Source of the DNA: an uncultured Anaerolineaceae bacterium
GTDB lineage: Bacteria > Chloroflexota > Dehalococcoidia > Tepidiformales > Tepidiformaceae
Length of the DNA stretch: 64,000 bases
Assembly (NCBI GenBank): GCA_964470735.1
Contig: CAYYDX010000003.1
Location: 9,319 to 73,318 of the forward strand
Direction: 5' to 3'
Shown: piece after piece, positions 55,628-64,000 of the stretch
Layout of the letters: each line of letters opens with the position of its first letter
How positions within the stretch are numbered: the stretch's first letter is position 1
Position numbers and translations under genes: made by a program
The notes under the pieces: model-generated
The model's database searches: none
Told to the model about the DNA's origin: nothing
What the model saw: only the letters and a program-made list of their open reading frames with translations

Positions 55628-56046
55628 GCATCGGTGACGTCGAGGCCCCAAACCGGGCGGAATCGCCACGTCCGGATCCCCTTGACCCGCACGCCGTGCC
55701 TTTTCACCAGCTTCTTCGCTTCCGGGACCATCCCGGCAGGCACGTACACGTACAGATCGCCAACTTCGCCGATAGGCTTCCAGCGGTTGGCTGCCGTCTC
55801 ATCATTCACCGTGTCCGGCATTTCGATTTCGGCCATCATCATCAGCCACTGGCCAGGCCGCCGCACCACCACGATGTCGGGGTACAGGTCCTGTGACTCG
55901 TCCTTGCCGACAACCATGCGCGGCTTCGGGATGTTGACGAGCGTCTCGTAGTCCGGGCCGAGTGGCCCCGGAAACGGGAATTTCTCTTTCGCGATCTCGT
56001 CCACCACACCCTGGTGTCGAAGCTCGTTGAGGTACCTCGCAGTCAC
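55624..56046 (-). CDS. Hypothetical protein, possible PD-(D/E)xK-like fold
   Basis: 140 aa. GTG start with GGAGG 8 nt upstream. YPDIVVVRRPGQWLMMMAEIEMP resembles the PD...E-x-(K/E) core of restriction-endonuclease-like families. This is inference only. Confidence 0.6.
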   Translation of the reverse strand: MTARYLNELRHQGVVDEIAKEKFPFPGPLGPDYETLVNIPKPRMVVGKDESQDLYPDIVVVRRPGQWLMMMAEIEMPDTVNDETAANRWKPIGEVGDLYVYVPAGMVPEAKKLVKRHGVRVKGIRTWRFRPVWGLDVTDA

Positions 56047-56176
56047 GAATCAGGCCTCCGGAGGAAATCGCAGCAACTTCGATTGTACCCAGCGTTCACC
56101 GATGAGGCGAATCTGCTGACGCGCGTGATCAGCAATCGCCCGCGGCGCCAAGGCGCTCACGCGCGGCCGGGATGGC

Positions 56177-57763
56177 TCACGGCCCGGCCTGCGCGACCTC
56201 GGGCTTCACCAGGTTCCGGAACTGCGCGAAGTTCGCCGTGAACTTCTCCGCGATCGCCGCCTTCGTGCGGTCATAGTCCGCCTTGTCTGCCCAGCAGTCA
56301 CGCGGATTCAGCAGCTTCTCATCGACCCCCGGCGCCGTCGTCGGCACTTCGAACCCGAACGTTTCATCCCTGCGGAAGGTCACGTTCTCGAGGCCGTCGC
56401 TCAGCACCGCGCGCACCATCTTGCGCGTCTCCTGGATGCTGATCCGCTTGCCAACGCCGAATTTGCCACCCGTCCACCCCGTGTTGATGAGCCAGGTCTG
56501 CGCGCCGGTCATGTGCAGCCGCTGCTCCAGCAGTTCGGCGTAGACGGTCGGGTTGAGCGCCATGAACGGCGCGCCATAGCACGGGCTGAACGTCGTCTCC
56601 GGGTCTGTGACGCCCACCTCCGTGCCCGCCAGCTTGCACGTGTACCCGCTGAGGAAGTGGTACAGCGCCTGCTCCGTCGTCAGCCGCGCGATCGGCGGCA
56701 GCACACCGTACGCATCCGCGGTCAGCAGGATGACGTGCGCCGGATGTGGCGCTACCTGGTTCTCGAACACGTTGCGCAGCGACAGCAGCGGGTAGCTCCC
56801 TCGCGTGTTCTCGGTCACCGAATCGTTGTCGAGGTCAACCTCGCGCGTGTCGGCGTCGAAGATGACATTCTCGAGGATCGTCCCGAACTCCGTTGTCTGC
56901 TCGAAGATGTCCGGCTCAGCTTCCTTCGAAAGGCGAATCGTCTTTGCGTAGCACCCGCCTTCGATGTTGAAGATGCCCGTCTCCGTCCACGCGTGCTCGT
57001 CGTCACCGATGAGCAGCCGCTCCGGGTCGGTGCTGAGCGTCGTCTTCCCGGTGCCCGAAAGTCCGAAGAAGAGCGCCGATTTGCCAGTCTTCGGGTCCAC
57101 GTTCGCCGACGAGTGCAGTGAGAGCACTCCTTCAAGCGGGAGGTAGTAGTTCATTGCCGTGAAGACGGCCTTCTTCACTTCACCCGCATAAGCCGAGCCC
57201 GCGATCAGGATGATCCCCTCGGTCATGTTCAGCGCCACGACCGCGTCGCTGCGCACCCCGTCCGCCTCCCCATCAAGCTCGAGGAACGGGCAGTGGATGA
57301 TCGTGATATCCGGGTTCGAAGCGGCGGGCTTCGGCGACGACGGGATGAACATCGTCCGCGCGAACAGCGAGTGGTACGCCTGCTCCGTGATCACCCGGAC
57401 CGTTCGCTGGTGATCCGGGTCCTGCGCGACCACGCAGTCCTGGAGGTAGATCTCCCGGTCGTTCAGGTACTGGATAGCCCGCGCGCGCAATCGCTCGAAC
57501 GTGTCGACTGACAACGGCTGATTATGGTTGCCCCACCACACGTGCTCGGAGATCTCCGGCGTGCGAACGACGAACTTATCCTTGGGGCTCCGCCCCGTCC
57601 GCTCGCCACTGTAGACCGCGAACGTGCCGCCCTGGAGCAGCTTCCCCTCGTTCCGCTTCACGGCGTGTTCGTAGAGCACCGGCACGGAAAGGTTGTGGTA
57701 GACCTCGCGCGCATTGGCGAGGATGACGCTGGCGACGTTGTTCGGCGCGGGTGAGATAACCAT
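56177..57763 (-). CDS. pckA: Phosphoenolpyruvate carboxykinase (ATP)
   Basis: 528 aa. Kinase-1a GLSGTGKTTLS, IGDDEHAW, and the overall PckA pattern. Confidence 0.96.
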   Translation of the reverse strand: MVISPAPNNVASVILANAREVYHNLSVPVLYEHAVKRNEGKLLQGGTFAVYSGERTGRSPKDKFVVRTPEISEHVWWGNHNQPLSVDTFERLRARAIQYLNDREIYLQDCVVAQDPDHQRTVRVITEQAYHSLFARTMFIPSSPKPAASNPDITIIHCPFLELDGEADGVRSDAVVALNMTEGIILIAGSAYAGEVKKAVFTAMNYYLPLEGVLSLHSSANVDPKTGKSALFFGLSGTGKTTLSTDPERLLIGDDEHAWTETGIFNIEGGCYAKTIRLSKEAEPDIFEQTTEFGTILENVIFDADTREVDLDNDSVTENTRGSYPLLSLRNVFENQVAPHPAHVILLTADAYGVLPPIARLTTEQALYHFLSGYTCKLAGTEVGVTDPETTFSPCYGAPFMALNPTVYAELLEQRLHMTGAQTWLINTGWTGGKFGVGKRISIQETRKMVRAVLSDGLENVTFRRDETFGFEVPTTAPGVDEKLLNPRDCWADKADYDRTKAAIAEKFTANFAQFRNLVKPEVAQAGP

Positions 57764-57905
57764 GCGTGTCCACTTCCGGGGGCCGTTGCCCTCAGATGTA
57801 GACTACGACGGAGTTAGTAGTTCTGTGAATACCTTCGCGTTGAGCTATAGTCGAGAGTAATAGCTATCAAGGTCGGATCAATCGCTCCCGGCATCACGGG
57901 ACACC

Positions 57906-58760
57906 TCACGCGGCGACACCGACTCCGCTGCCCTTCACCAGTTCCATCAACGCATCGACCTGTCCAGAGAGTTGCTTGAACTCCTGCGGCGCCGTTGGCT
58001 CCTCTCCCGGCGCCGGGGGTACCGCGTAACCCGGCAGGAGCCCATATCCCGTAACGAACCGGTCGGCCGCAGCCACCATGCCCGCGAGCGTTATTTCGCC
58101 GGCTTCGGCGGTGTGGTGCCGCGCGACCGCCTCCTGGATATCCTGCGGGAGCTTCCAGCGGCGTGCGAGCAACCCACCGACTTCCGCATGATCCGCGCCA
58201 AGCAGTTCGGCTTCGACCGCCTCGAGCGCCACACCGCGCGCCATCGCTTCCGCTATCGCCTGGTCGAGTCCCGCCGGGTCGGCGTAGTACATCGCCAGCC
58301 GCCCCATGTTGTGCAGAATCCCCGCCGTGAACGCGCTCGGAACATCCAGCTTCCGGCTCTTCGCCGCGAACTCGGCCGCCTTGAACGCCACCGCGATGGA
58401 GTGCCGCCAGAACACCTCGATCCGGAACAGCACGTTGAGCGCGTCCGGGGCGTAGGCGCCGGCAATCGCGCCGCTGATCGCCATGTTTCGCGCCTGCACG
58501 AATCCGAGTGTTACGAGCGCCTCCTGCACCGATGTGACCTCTCGTGCCCGCCGGTAGGCAGCCGAATTCACCACCCGCAAGATGCGTCCGCTCAGTCCCG
58601 GGTCCGACGACACCACCAGCGCAAGGTCCGATGCCGAGGACTTCGGGTTCTGGGCGACTTCCATCACTCGCAGGGCGACTGCTGGCAGAGGCGGGAGTGC
58701 GTCGATTGCTTCAAGCAGCTTTTGCGCGCGCGAGACCGGCTGTTCGGGAGTGGCGGGCAT
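57906..58760 (-). CDS. HDOD domain protein
   Basis: LPPLPAVALRVMEV...SASDLALVVSSDPGLSGRILRVVNSAAY...LGF... is the HDOD pattern. The start is ATG 58760 with GGAGG 7 nt upstream. Confidence 0.85.
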   Translation of the reverse strand: MPATPEQPVSRAQKLLEAIDALPPLPAVALRVMEVAQNPKSSASDLALVVSSDPGLSGRILRVVNSAAYRRAREVTSVQEALVTLGFVQARNMAISGAIAGAYAPDALNVLFRIEVFWRHSIAVAFKAAEFAAKSRKLDVPSAFTAGILHNMGRLAMYYADPAGLDQAIAEAMARGVALEAVEAELLGADHAEVGGLLARRWKLPQDIQEAVARHHTAEAGEITLAGMVAAADRFVTGYGLLPGYAVPPAPGEEPTAPQEFKQLSGQVDALMELVKGSGVGVAA

Positions 58761-58863
58761 ACAAGCGCCTCCAATTCGGGCTGTACCGTCGAGTCTCTGC
58801 CCCAACCGCTCCCGTTACGATCAGGGAGCCCCCGAACATTCGCCCGGGCAACCCCAACTCGGG

Positions 58864-60252
58864 CTACGCAGGCTCCGACCACATCGCCCCGTTCGTCGCG
58901 GCGTTCCGGTTCGGGCGCGTCGGTCCATCGCGCAGGATGTCCATCACCTCCGACCAAACCGAAGCGAACCCCAGCGGTCGCCCGAACTTCGTCTCGGCAT
59001 CTGGTACCGTCATGGAGTCGAGGAACTTCTCGCCGAAGTAGTCGAGGCTCGGCCGTGGCAACACAACGAGATCGGCTTCCCGGGCATCGATTTGCTCCAC
59101 ATAATCCGCACCACAGATGAGACCGCTCACGTTCACGCGCTCGCCGAAGACCGTGTTCTTCACGCCCTGCACGCGGATGTTCGCGCCGGTCACGCTCGAT
59201 ACCTCTTCGGCTACCTTCGACAGCAGCGGCGCAATCAACGCCGCGGTGCCGATCACCATAGACGTGCCACGCCCGAACCCGGCCGGGACACGGCGCTTCA
59301 CCCGGTTCCAATCCTCCAGCATCGTGCGCACCATTCCGATCCCGTTCTCGTACTGCGGGAACCCGTCGTAGGCGATACGTCCCGGAATCGGCGCCCCCGC
59401 CGTCACATAGAACTCGTCACTGCACTGCGCGATGGTCGCACCGAAGCGCCGCCGGAACTCTTTCTGGAACGGCGCCAGGATGGCGAGGATCTCGCGCGCG
59501 TACTCCGGTGTCGGGCGCACCAGCGGGATTCCGTTCCGCTTCAGTGACCACTCCTCGAGCTTTGGGCTCGCACCCACCGGCACCACCGAAACGGTCTGCA
59601 CCGTAGGGTACAACTCGCCAAGTTCGCGAATCGAACGCGCGAGGTGCTCGCCATCGTTCACCCCCGGGCAGAGCACGATCTGGGTGTGCGCGTGCAGTCC
59701 GAGCGTTCCCAGCCGCCGCAGTTGTTCGATGACATCCGGCGCGGTCCTGTTCGAAAGCATGTGGCGGCGCAGTGCCGGCTCCGTCGCATGCACGGAGACG
59801 TTGAGGGGGCTGAGCCGCTGCTCTTCGAGTCGCGCCCAGTCTTCTTCGCGCAGGTTCGTCAGCGTCACGAAGTTGCCGTGCAGGAAGCTGAGCCGGTAGT
59901 CGTCGTCCTTCATGTACAGGGTCTTCCGCATGCCCTTCGGAAGGCCCTTCAGGAAGCAGAAGAAGCAGTTATTGTTGCAGAGGATGACGTCGTCCCAGGT
60001 CGCCCGCTCGAACTCAATCCCCAGGTCCTCGTCGATCTCCTTTTCGAACAGCACGAGGTCGTCGAGTCCGTTCGCCTTCTTGATGGCGACCTGTACCTCA
60101 TGTCGCGCCGCGTAGAACTGGAAGTCCACCACGTCCCGCGGCACACGCCCATCGACCGAGACGATTGCGTCGCCGGCTTCGATGCCGGCCTCGTCTGCCA
60201 GCGATCCGGGCACAACCGCCGAAACCAATCCGGGTGCGGGAGGACGTTCCAT
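58864..60252 (-). CDS. Radical-SAM-like protein with N-terminal PDZ and DUF512 domains
   Basis: PDZ-like GSLADEAGIEAGDAIVSVDG, a CxxxCxxC cluster (CNNNCFFC), and a DUF512-type C-terminal half. The start is ATG 60252. Confidence 0.85.
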   Translation of the reverse strand: MERPPAPGLVSAVVPGSLADEAGIEAGDAIVSVDGRVPRDVVDFQFYAARHEVQVAIKKANGLDDLVLFEKEIDEDLGIEFERATWDDVILCNNNCFFCFLKGLPKGMRKTLYMKDDDYRLSFLHGNFVTLTNLREEDWARLEEQRLSPLNVSVHATEPALRRHMLSNRTAPDVIEQLRRLGTLGLHAHTQIVLCPGVNDGEHLARSIRELGELYPTVQTVSVVPVGASPKLEEWSLKRNGIPLVRPTPEYAREILAILAPFQKEFRRRFGATIAQCSDEFYVTAGAPIPGRIAYDGFPQYENGIGMVRTMLEDWNRVKRRVPAGFGRGTSMVIGTAALIAPLLSKVAEEVSSVTGANIRVQGVKNTVFGERVNVSGLICGADYVEQIDAREADLVVLPRPSLDYFGEKFLDSMTVPDAETKFGRPLGFASVWSEVMDILRDGPTRPNRNAATNGAMWSEPA

Positions 60253-60329
60253 TGCGATCCAGTGTGCCCTACGCGGGCGCACTCGGTCGAAGCAGCCTGC
60301 GGTGGTCCAACGCCGGCGCGGGAGCTACC

Positions 60330-61256
60330 TCAGCCTGCGAGCTCGTGGATCCGCGCTTCCACGTCGTCGATCGAGTAGTCCGGCGTCGAGGCGCCGGCCG
60401 TCAGCCCCACGCGTGTTGCACCTTCGAACCAGGCCGCCTGCAGTTCATCCGGCCCCTCAATCTGGTGAGCGACCACGCCCTGCTCTTCGCACACCTCGCG
60501 AAGGTGGCGCGTGTTGGCGCTTTTCTTGCCACCCACCACCACCATCACATCGACCGTTGTGGCCAGCGCCGCCGCAGCTTCCTGCTGCCCCGTCGTCGCG
60601 TGGCAGAGCGTGTTCACAACGTGGAGTTCGAAGTTCCGGTCACGCCCCAGCAGCATCAGGTTCGCGACGAACTTCGCGAAGTCCTCCATCTTGTGCGTCG
60701 TCTGCACCATCACCCCGACCTTGTTCGGGAAGCCGCCCGGGAACTCGTCGACGAGTTTGCGAAGGTCGGCCAGTTCCGGGCTCGGTGCGATGGTCGCGTG
60801 CGAAACGCCGGTCTTGTCGAGCGTCCATCCCATGATGCCGCGGACTTCCTTGTGCCCCGGGTCGCCGAAGATCACGACGTGCCAGCCGTCACGAACGAAC
60901 TTCTGCCCGTACCGCTGCGCCCGCGTGACGATTGGGCATGTCGTGTCGATGATCTCGAGGCCGCTCGATTGCAGTTGCTTCATCGCGCGTTCGCCAACGC
61001 CGTGCGCCGTGATGGCGACGCGGCCTTCGTGCACCCGGCTCGCTGTCGCTGCGCCAACGTCGCCATCGATTTCGTCCGGGCCGGGAAGTTGGACAACGCC
61101 GTTCTGCTCAAGACTATTCACGACATGCGGGTTGTGGACGATTTCGCCGACGCTGAACACCGGCCGCTCAGGGCTGGCTTCGCCCTGCATGATCTGCACA
61201 GCGCGCCTCACGCCCATGCAGAACCCCATCTCACTCGCGCGGATGACTTGAACCAT
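60330..61256 (-). CDS. ispH: 4-hydroxy-3-methylbut-2-enyl diphosphate reductase
   Basis: GFCMGVRRAV, ITAHGV, TCPIVT, SANTRHL. Confidence 0.95.
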   Translation of the reverse strand: MVQVIRASEMGFCMGVRRAVQIMQGEASPERPVFSVGEIVHNPHVVNSLEQNGVVQLPGPDEIDGDVGAATASRVHEGRVAITAHGVGERAMKQLQSSGLEIIDTTCPIVTRAQRYGQKFVRDGWHVVIFGDPGHKEVRGIMGWTLDKTGVSHATIAPSPELADLRKLVDEFPGGFPNKVGVMVQTTHKMEDFAKFVANLMLLGRDRNFELHVVNTLCHATTGQQEAAAALATTVDVMVVVGGKKSANTRHLREVCEEQGVVAHQIEGPDELQAAWFEGATRVGLTAGASTPDYSIDDVEARIHELAG

Positions 61257-61944
61257 CGGACTCGCCCTCGCCTTCGTTCCCAGTATAGGGAGCGATGTAG
61301 GCCGGGGGTAACTGCGCCTGGATGGCTTCGACGATGCGCCGCGTGAGGTCGCTCACCTGCTCCTCCGTCGGCCGTCGCACCGGCTCCAGCCGGATAGGTT
61401 CGCCGATGCTCACGCTGAACCGCGGCCGCCGCAGAAGCACGAGCGGGTTTCGAAGCTTCTCGGTGCCGGTCATCGCGCACGGCAGCACGGTGGCCCCCGA
61501 ACGCAGCGCGATCATCGCTGTCCCGGGATGAACCGGCCCCATGTACCCCGTCCGGCTGCGGTGCCCCTCCGGGAACATCCCGAGTACACCGCCACGTTTC
61601 AGAATCCGCTCAGCATTGAGCATCGCCGCAAGATCAGCGTCGAACCGTCGCACCGGAAACGCGTCCCAGAGCTTGATGATCGCTCCGAACGGCATCTTGA
61701 AAAGCTCGACCTTCGCCATGAACCGGATCCGCCGCCGTGCTATCCCCGCCCCCAGAATTGGCGGGTCCGCGTTGTTCAGGTGATTCGAAACGACGATCAC
61801 CGCGCCGCTCATCGGGACGTTCTCGCGTCCCGTCACGTCCCACCGGACCACGACCCGGAGCAGGCCGCGTAACAGGTAGGTGCACCCCCAGTAGAACGGG
61901 GGCGCGAACGTCTGCCAGCCGATCGACTTCAGTCGCCGTCGCAT
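61231..61944 (-). CDS. plsC: 1-acyl-sn-glycerol-3-phosphate acyltransferase
   Basis: H-x4-D motif (VSNHLNNAD), FPEGHRS, and an N-terminal hydrophobic segment. Confidence 0.88.
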   Translation of the reverse strand: MRRRLKSIGWQTFAPPFYWGCTYLLRGLLRVVVRWDVTGRENVPMSGAVIVVSNHLNNADPPILGAGIARRRIRFMAKVELFKMPFGAIIKLWDAFPVRRFDADLAAMLNAERILKRGGVLGMFPEGHRSRTGYMGPVHPGTAMIALRSGATVLPCAMTGTEKLRNPLVLLRRPRFSVSIGEPIRLEPVRRPTEEQVSDLTRRIVEAIQAQLPPAYIAPYTGNEGEGESDGSSHPRE

Positions 61945-62639
61945 GCCGCAAGCTCCAGGACGCGCGCAATCACTTCGTCCAGCGTCAGCGCGCTTGTATC
62001 GATAACAACCGCGTCGGGCGCGACATACGTCTGCGGCGAATCCAGCCGGTCGCGCCGCGAGAGCGCCTCCTGTGCCTGCCGCGCGGACGAGTCCTGCACG
62101 ATTCCGCGCTCCGAGTTGCGTCGCCGGGCCCGTGCGGTCTCATCTGCGTCGAGGTAGACCTTCAGCGGTGCGTCGGGAACTACCACCTCGCCGATGTCGC
62201 GCCCGGCCAGCACGGTTCTCCCCCGCTCGGCGAACGCCCTCTGCTGCGCGCGAAGCTTCGCACGCACCGGCGCCAACTTCGCATACGCGCTCACGTGCCG
62301 TTCTATCCCGGCATCGTGCAGCAGCGCGGTCACATCCTCCTCGCCGAGATAGATGCGCGCCTCGCGTTCAGAACCGACGCGAAGCTCGAGCCTCGCGATG
62401 AACCGAGAGCACGCCTCCTCCGTCGGCTCCACACCCGCGCGAATCGCCGCCAGGGCGAACGCCCGGTACATCAGCCCTGTGTCGAGAAATCGGTAGCCGC
62501 AACGTTCCGCCAGTGCACGGCTTACGCTCGACTTACCGGAAGCAGCCGGGCCGTCGATGGCGATGCAGGCAGGTTGGGTTCGCGGCACAGCGCGGATCTT
62601 AGAGATGCCATCCGTTGCCCGCGAACTTCGCCGCGTCAC
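61929..62639 (-). CDS. cmk: Cytidylate kinase
   Basis: IAIDGPAASGKSSVSRALA...LDTGLMYRA. GTG start in a GTGA overlap with the rluB stop. Confidence 0.92.
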   Translation of the reverse strand: MTRRSSRATDGISKIRAVPRTQPACIAIDGPAASGKSSVSRALAERCGYRFLDTGLMYRAFALAAIRAGVEPTEEACSRFIARLELRVGSEREARIYLGEEDVTALLHDAGIERHVSAYAKLAPVRAKLRAQQRAFAERGRTVLAGRDIGEVVVPDAPLKVYLDADETARARRRNSERGIVQDSSARQAQEALSRRDRLDSPQTYVAPDAVVIDTSALTLDEVIARVLELAACDGD

Positions 62640-63415
62640 GTGTCGATACCCTCGCGTTTGCCCCCGGCCGCCGTGTACAGCGCGTCGACCTCGTCGTCCG
62701 TGATCTCACGGAAAGCTCCGGACCCCAGCGAACCGAGCGCCAGGGGCCCGATGCGCGCGCGCCGCAGCACCACTACGCGCCGCCCGAGCGCAGCCATCAT
62801 CCGCCGGATCTCGCGGTTCTTCCCCTCACGCAGAGCGATGACGAGCCACGCGTTCGCGCCGCTGTCAGCCGCGTCCGCCGCCGGCGCAGCCGGGCTGACC
62901 GACGCCGCCCGGAGCCGCTCGCCTGCGTCCTCGATTCCGCGCACCAACCGCTCCAGGTCCTTCCGCGGCGGCATCGAGTCCAGCCCGGCGAGGTATTCCT
63001 TCTCTACCTGGTACCGCGGATGGGTCAGCAAATCCGTGAGGTGCCCATCGTTCGTTAGGATCACCAGTCCCTCGCTATCCATGTCCAGCCGCCCCACCGG
63101 GTGCAGCGCAAGCCCGCCAATCGGCACGAGGTCGATGACGGTGTCCCGCCCCTCATCGTCTCGCGCCGTGGTCACGAAGCCAGGCGGCTTGTTGAGTGCG
63201 AAGTAGCGGTAGCGCCCCTTCACCACGGGCACCCCGTCGATCGTGATCTCGTCTACCTCGGAGTCGGCGCGCGCTCCCAGCGTCGGCTGCACCACCCCGT
63301 TCACCGCCACCCGTCCGGCGAGGATCATCTCCTCGGCAACCCGCCGCGAAGCCACGCCCGCGTTCGAAATGATCTTCTGGAGCCGTTCCTCTGCCACATG
63401 AAGAGGGTGCGGCAT
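62636..63415 (-). CDS. rluB: Pseudouridine synthase, RsuA/RluB family
   Basis: S4 domain (RLQKIISNAGVASRRVAEEMI) and catalytic HPVGRLDMDSEGLVILTNDG. Confidence 0.9.
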   Translation of the reverse strand: MPHPLHVAEERLQKIISNAGVASRRVAEEMILAGRVAVNGVVQPTLGARADSEVDEITIDGVPVVKGRYRYFALNKPPGFVTTARDDEGRDTVIDLVPIGGLALHPVGRLDMDSEGLVILTNDGHLTDLLTHPRYQVEKEYLAGLDSMPPRKDLERLVRGIEDAGERLRAASVSPAAPAADAADSGANAWLVIALREGKNREIRRMMAALGRRVVVLRRARIGPLALGSLGSGAFREITDDEVDALYTAAGGKREGIDT

Positions 63416-63458
63416 CCGCGGGCCTCATGGAAGCACGAACCGGATCGGGTCGAGCGGG

Positions 63459-63487
63459 TGGAGTGCCGCCTGCCGCTCCTCTAGAAT
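63459..63487 (+). promoter_or_regulatory. Candidate promoter for the SDR gene (-10 TAGAAT)
   Basis: TAGAAT at 63482-63487 lies 28 nt upstream of ATG 63516. The -35 (TGGAGT) is poor. Confidence 0.25.
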
Positions 63488-63515
63488 CCCGCCCACTGTG
63501 GAAGGAGTCTGACCA

Positions 63516-64000
63516 ATGGAACTGAAGGGCGCCGCGGTGATCGTCACCGGTTCGGCAACTGGCGTCGGTGCGGCTGCCGCGAAAATGCTCGCAAGCAAGG
63601 GTTGCAACGTCGTCATCAACTACACAAAGAGCGAGGCCGAAGCTCGCGAAACCCAGTCCGCCTGCGAAGCCTTTGGCGTCGAAACCCTGCTCTGCCAGGC
63701 TGACGTTTCGAAGGACGCTGACTGCCGCCGGATGGCGCAGGCCGCCATCGACAGGTGGGGCCGCATCGACGGCCTGATCAACAACGCCGGCACGACCCAC
63801 TTCGTGAACCACGCCAACCTCGAAGGACTCACCGCCGACGATTTCCAGCGCATCTACGCCGTCAACGTCATCGGCCCCTACCAGATGACCCGCGCCGTGG
63901 CGGCACAGATGAAACAGCAGGGCAAAGGTTCGGTGGTCAACGTCTCATCGATCGCTGGCGTTATGGGCGTCGGAAGTTCGATCGCGTACACCGCCTCCAA
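63516..64000 (+). CDS. Short-chain dehydrogenase/reductase (FabG-like), partial; continues past right edge
   Basis: My own translation gives MELKGAAVIVTGSATGVGAAAAK...NNAG...VNVSSIAG...YTASK. Motifs: TGxxxGxG, NNAG, and a catalytic Ser and Tyr-x3-Lys beginning. GAAGGAG RBS. It is absent from the ORF track because there is no stop within the window. Confidence 0.85.
   Translation, partial: MELKGAAVIVTGSATGVGAAAAKMLASKGCNVVINYTKSEAEARETQSACEAFGVETLLCQADVSKDADCRRMAQAAIDRWGRIDGLINNAGTTHFVNHANLEGLTADDFQRIYAVNVIGPYQMTRAVAAQMKQQGKGSVVNVSSIAGVMGVGSSIAYTAS

Noticed and set aside
54245-55951. 568-aa plus-strand ORF across the DUF3524, HAD and hypothetical genes
   Set aside because: Its composition is Arg/Pro/His-rich and it is antisense to three minus-strand genes with motifs and RBSs.
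1-64000. Looked for CRISPR arrays, IS elements or transposases, integrases, phage genes, toxin-antitoxin pairs, reverse transcriptases and rRNA/tRNA genes
   Set aside because: No direct-repeat/spacer periodicity was seen, no recombinase, transposase or RT motifs appear in any of the translated ORFs, and no cloverleaf-capable sequence sits in the intergenic spacers. By eye I cannot exclude small ncRNAs or short dispersed repeats.

Overview
High-GC (about two thirds G+C), gene-dense chromosomal segment with about 62 supportable protein-coding genes, mostly on the minus strand in tightly packed operons. Many adjacent genes have 1-17 nt start/stop overlaps. I saw no rRNA, tRNA, CRISPR array, transposase, integrase or phage genes. 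All family calls come from motifs read in the supplied translations; no homology search was run.

Gene blocks, left to right:
- alpha/beta hydrolase and luciferase-like monooxygenase
- small conserved-unknown genes (DUF4177, DUF192, FmdB zinc ribbon, DUF402) mixed with two secreted zinc metallopeptidases (M23 and matrixin-like)
- an acyl-CoA locus: acyl-CoA dehydrogenase, acs, methyltransferase, two family III CoA-transferases, acetyl-CoA hydrolase/transferase
- a divergent membrane pair (LPG-synthase-TM-like and PAP2)
- a complete Bacillus/Thermotoga-type chemotaxis cluster (cheW-A-C-D-Y-B-R), divergent from fliM, an unknown ORF, cheX and an MCP
- an RDD protein and mfd
- a CDF metal exporter whose stop overlaps the start of a family-5 ABC substrate-binding protein, then a second binding protein and two permeases, with no ATPase genes
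- fur-glcD-glcE-glcF
- a full suf operon: sufR-C-B-D, Rieske, sufS-U-T
- yihY, treT, a DUF3524 (GTDC1-like) glycosyltransferase, a HAD hydrolase and a small unknown protein
- pckA, an HDOD protein, a radical-SAM/PDZ DUF512 protein, ispH-plsC-cmk-rluB, and a partial SDR at the right edge

Many very long ORFs in the six-frame track are antisense artefacts of the high GC content. Many listed ORFs also carry spurious N-terminal extensions, so I give trimmed starts.

No clear defence, mobile or secondary-metabolite system is visible. The most unusual items are:
- a small ORF joining a ParB/Spo0J-type N-terminal GLGxGLxAL peptide to a DUF4177-like domain
- a bacterial GTDC1/DUF3524 glycosyltransferase in an operon with treT, a HAD phosphatase and a possible nuclease-fold protein
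- a locally orphan fliM followed by an unknown 116-aa ORF and cheX
- a three-gene operon, joined by 4-nt start/stop overlaps, of two CoA-transferases and a methyltransferase
- a perfect AT-rich 22-bp palindrome upstream of the ABC importer genes
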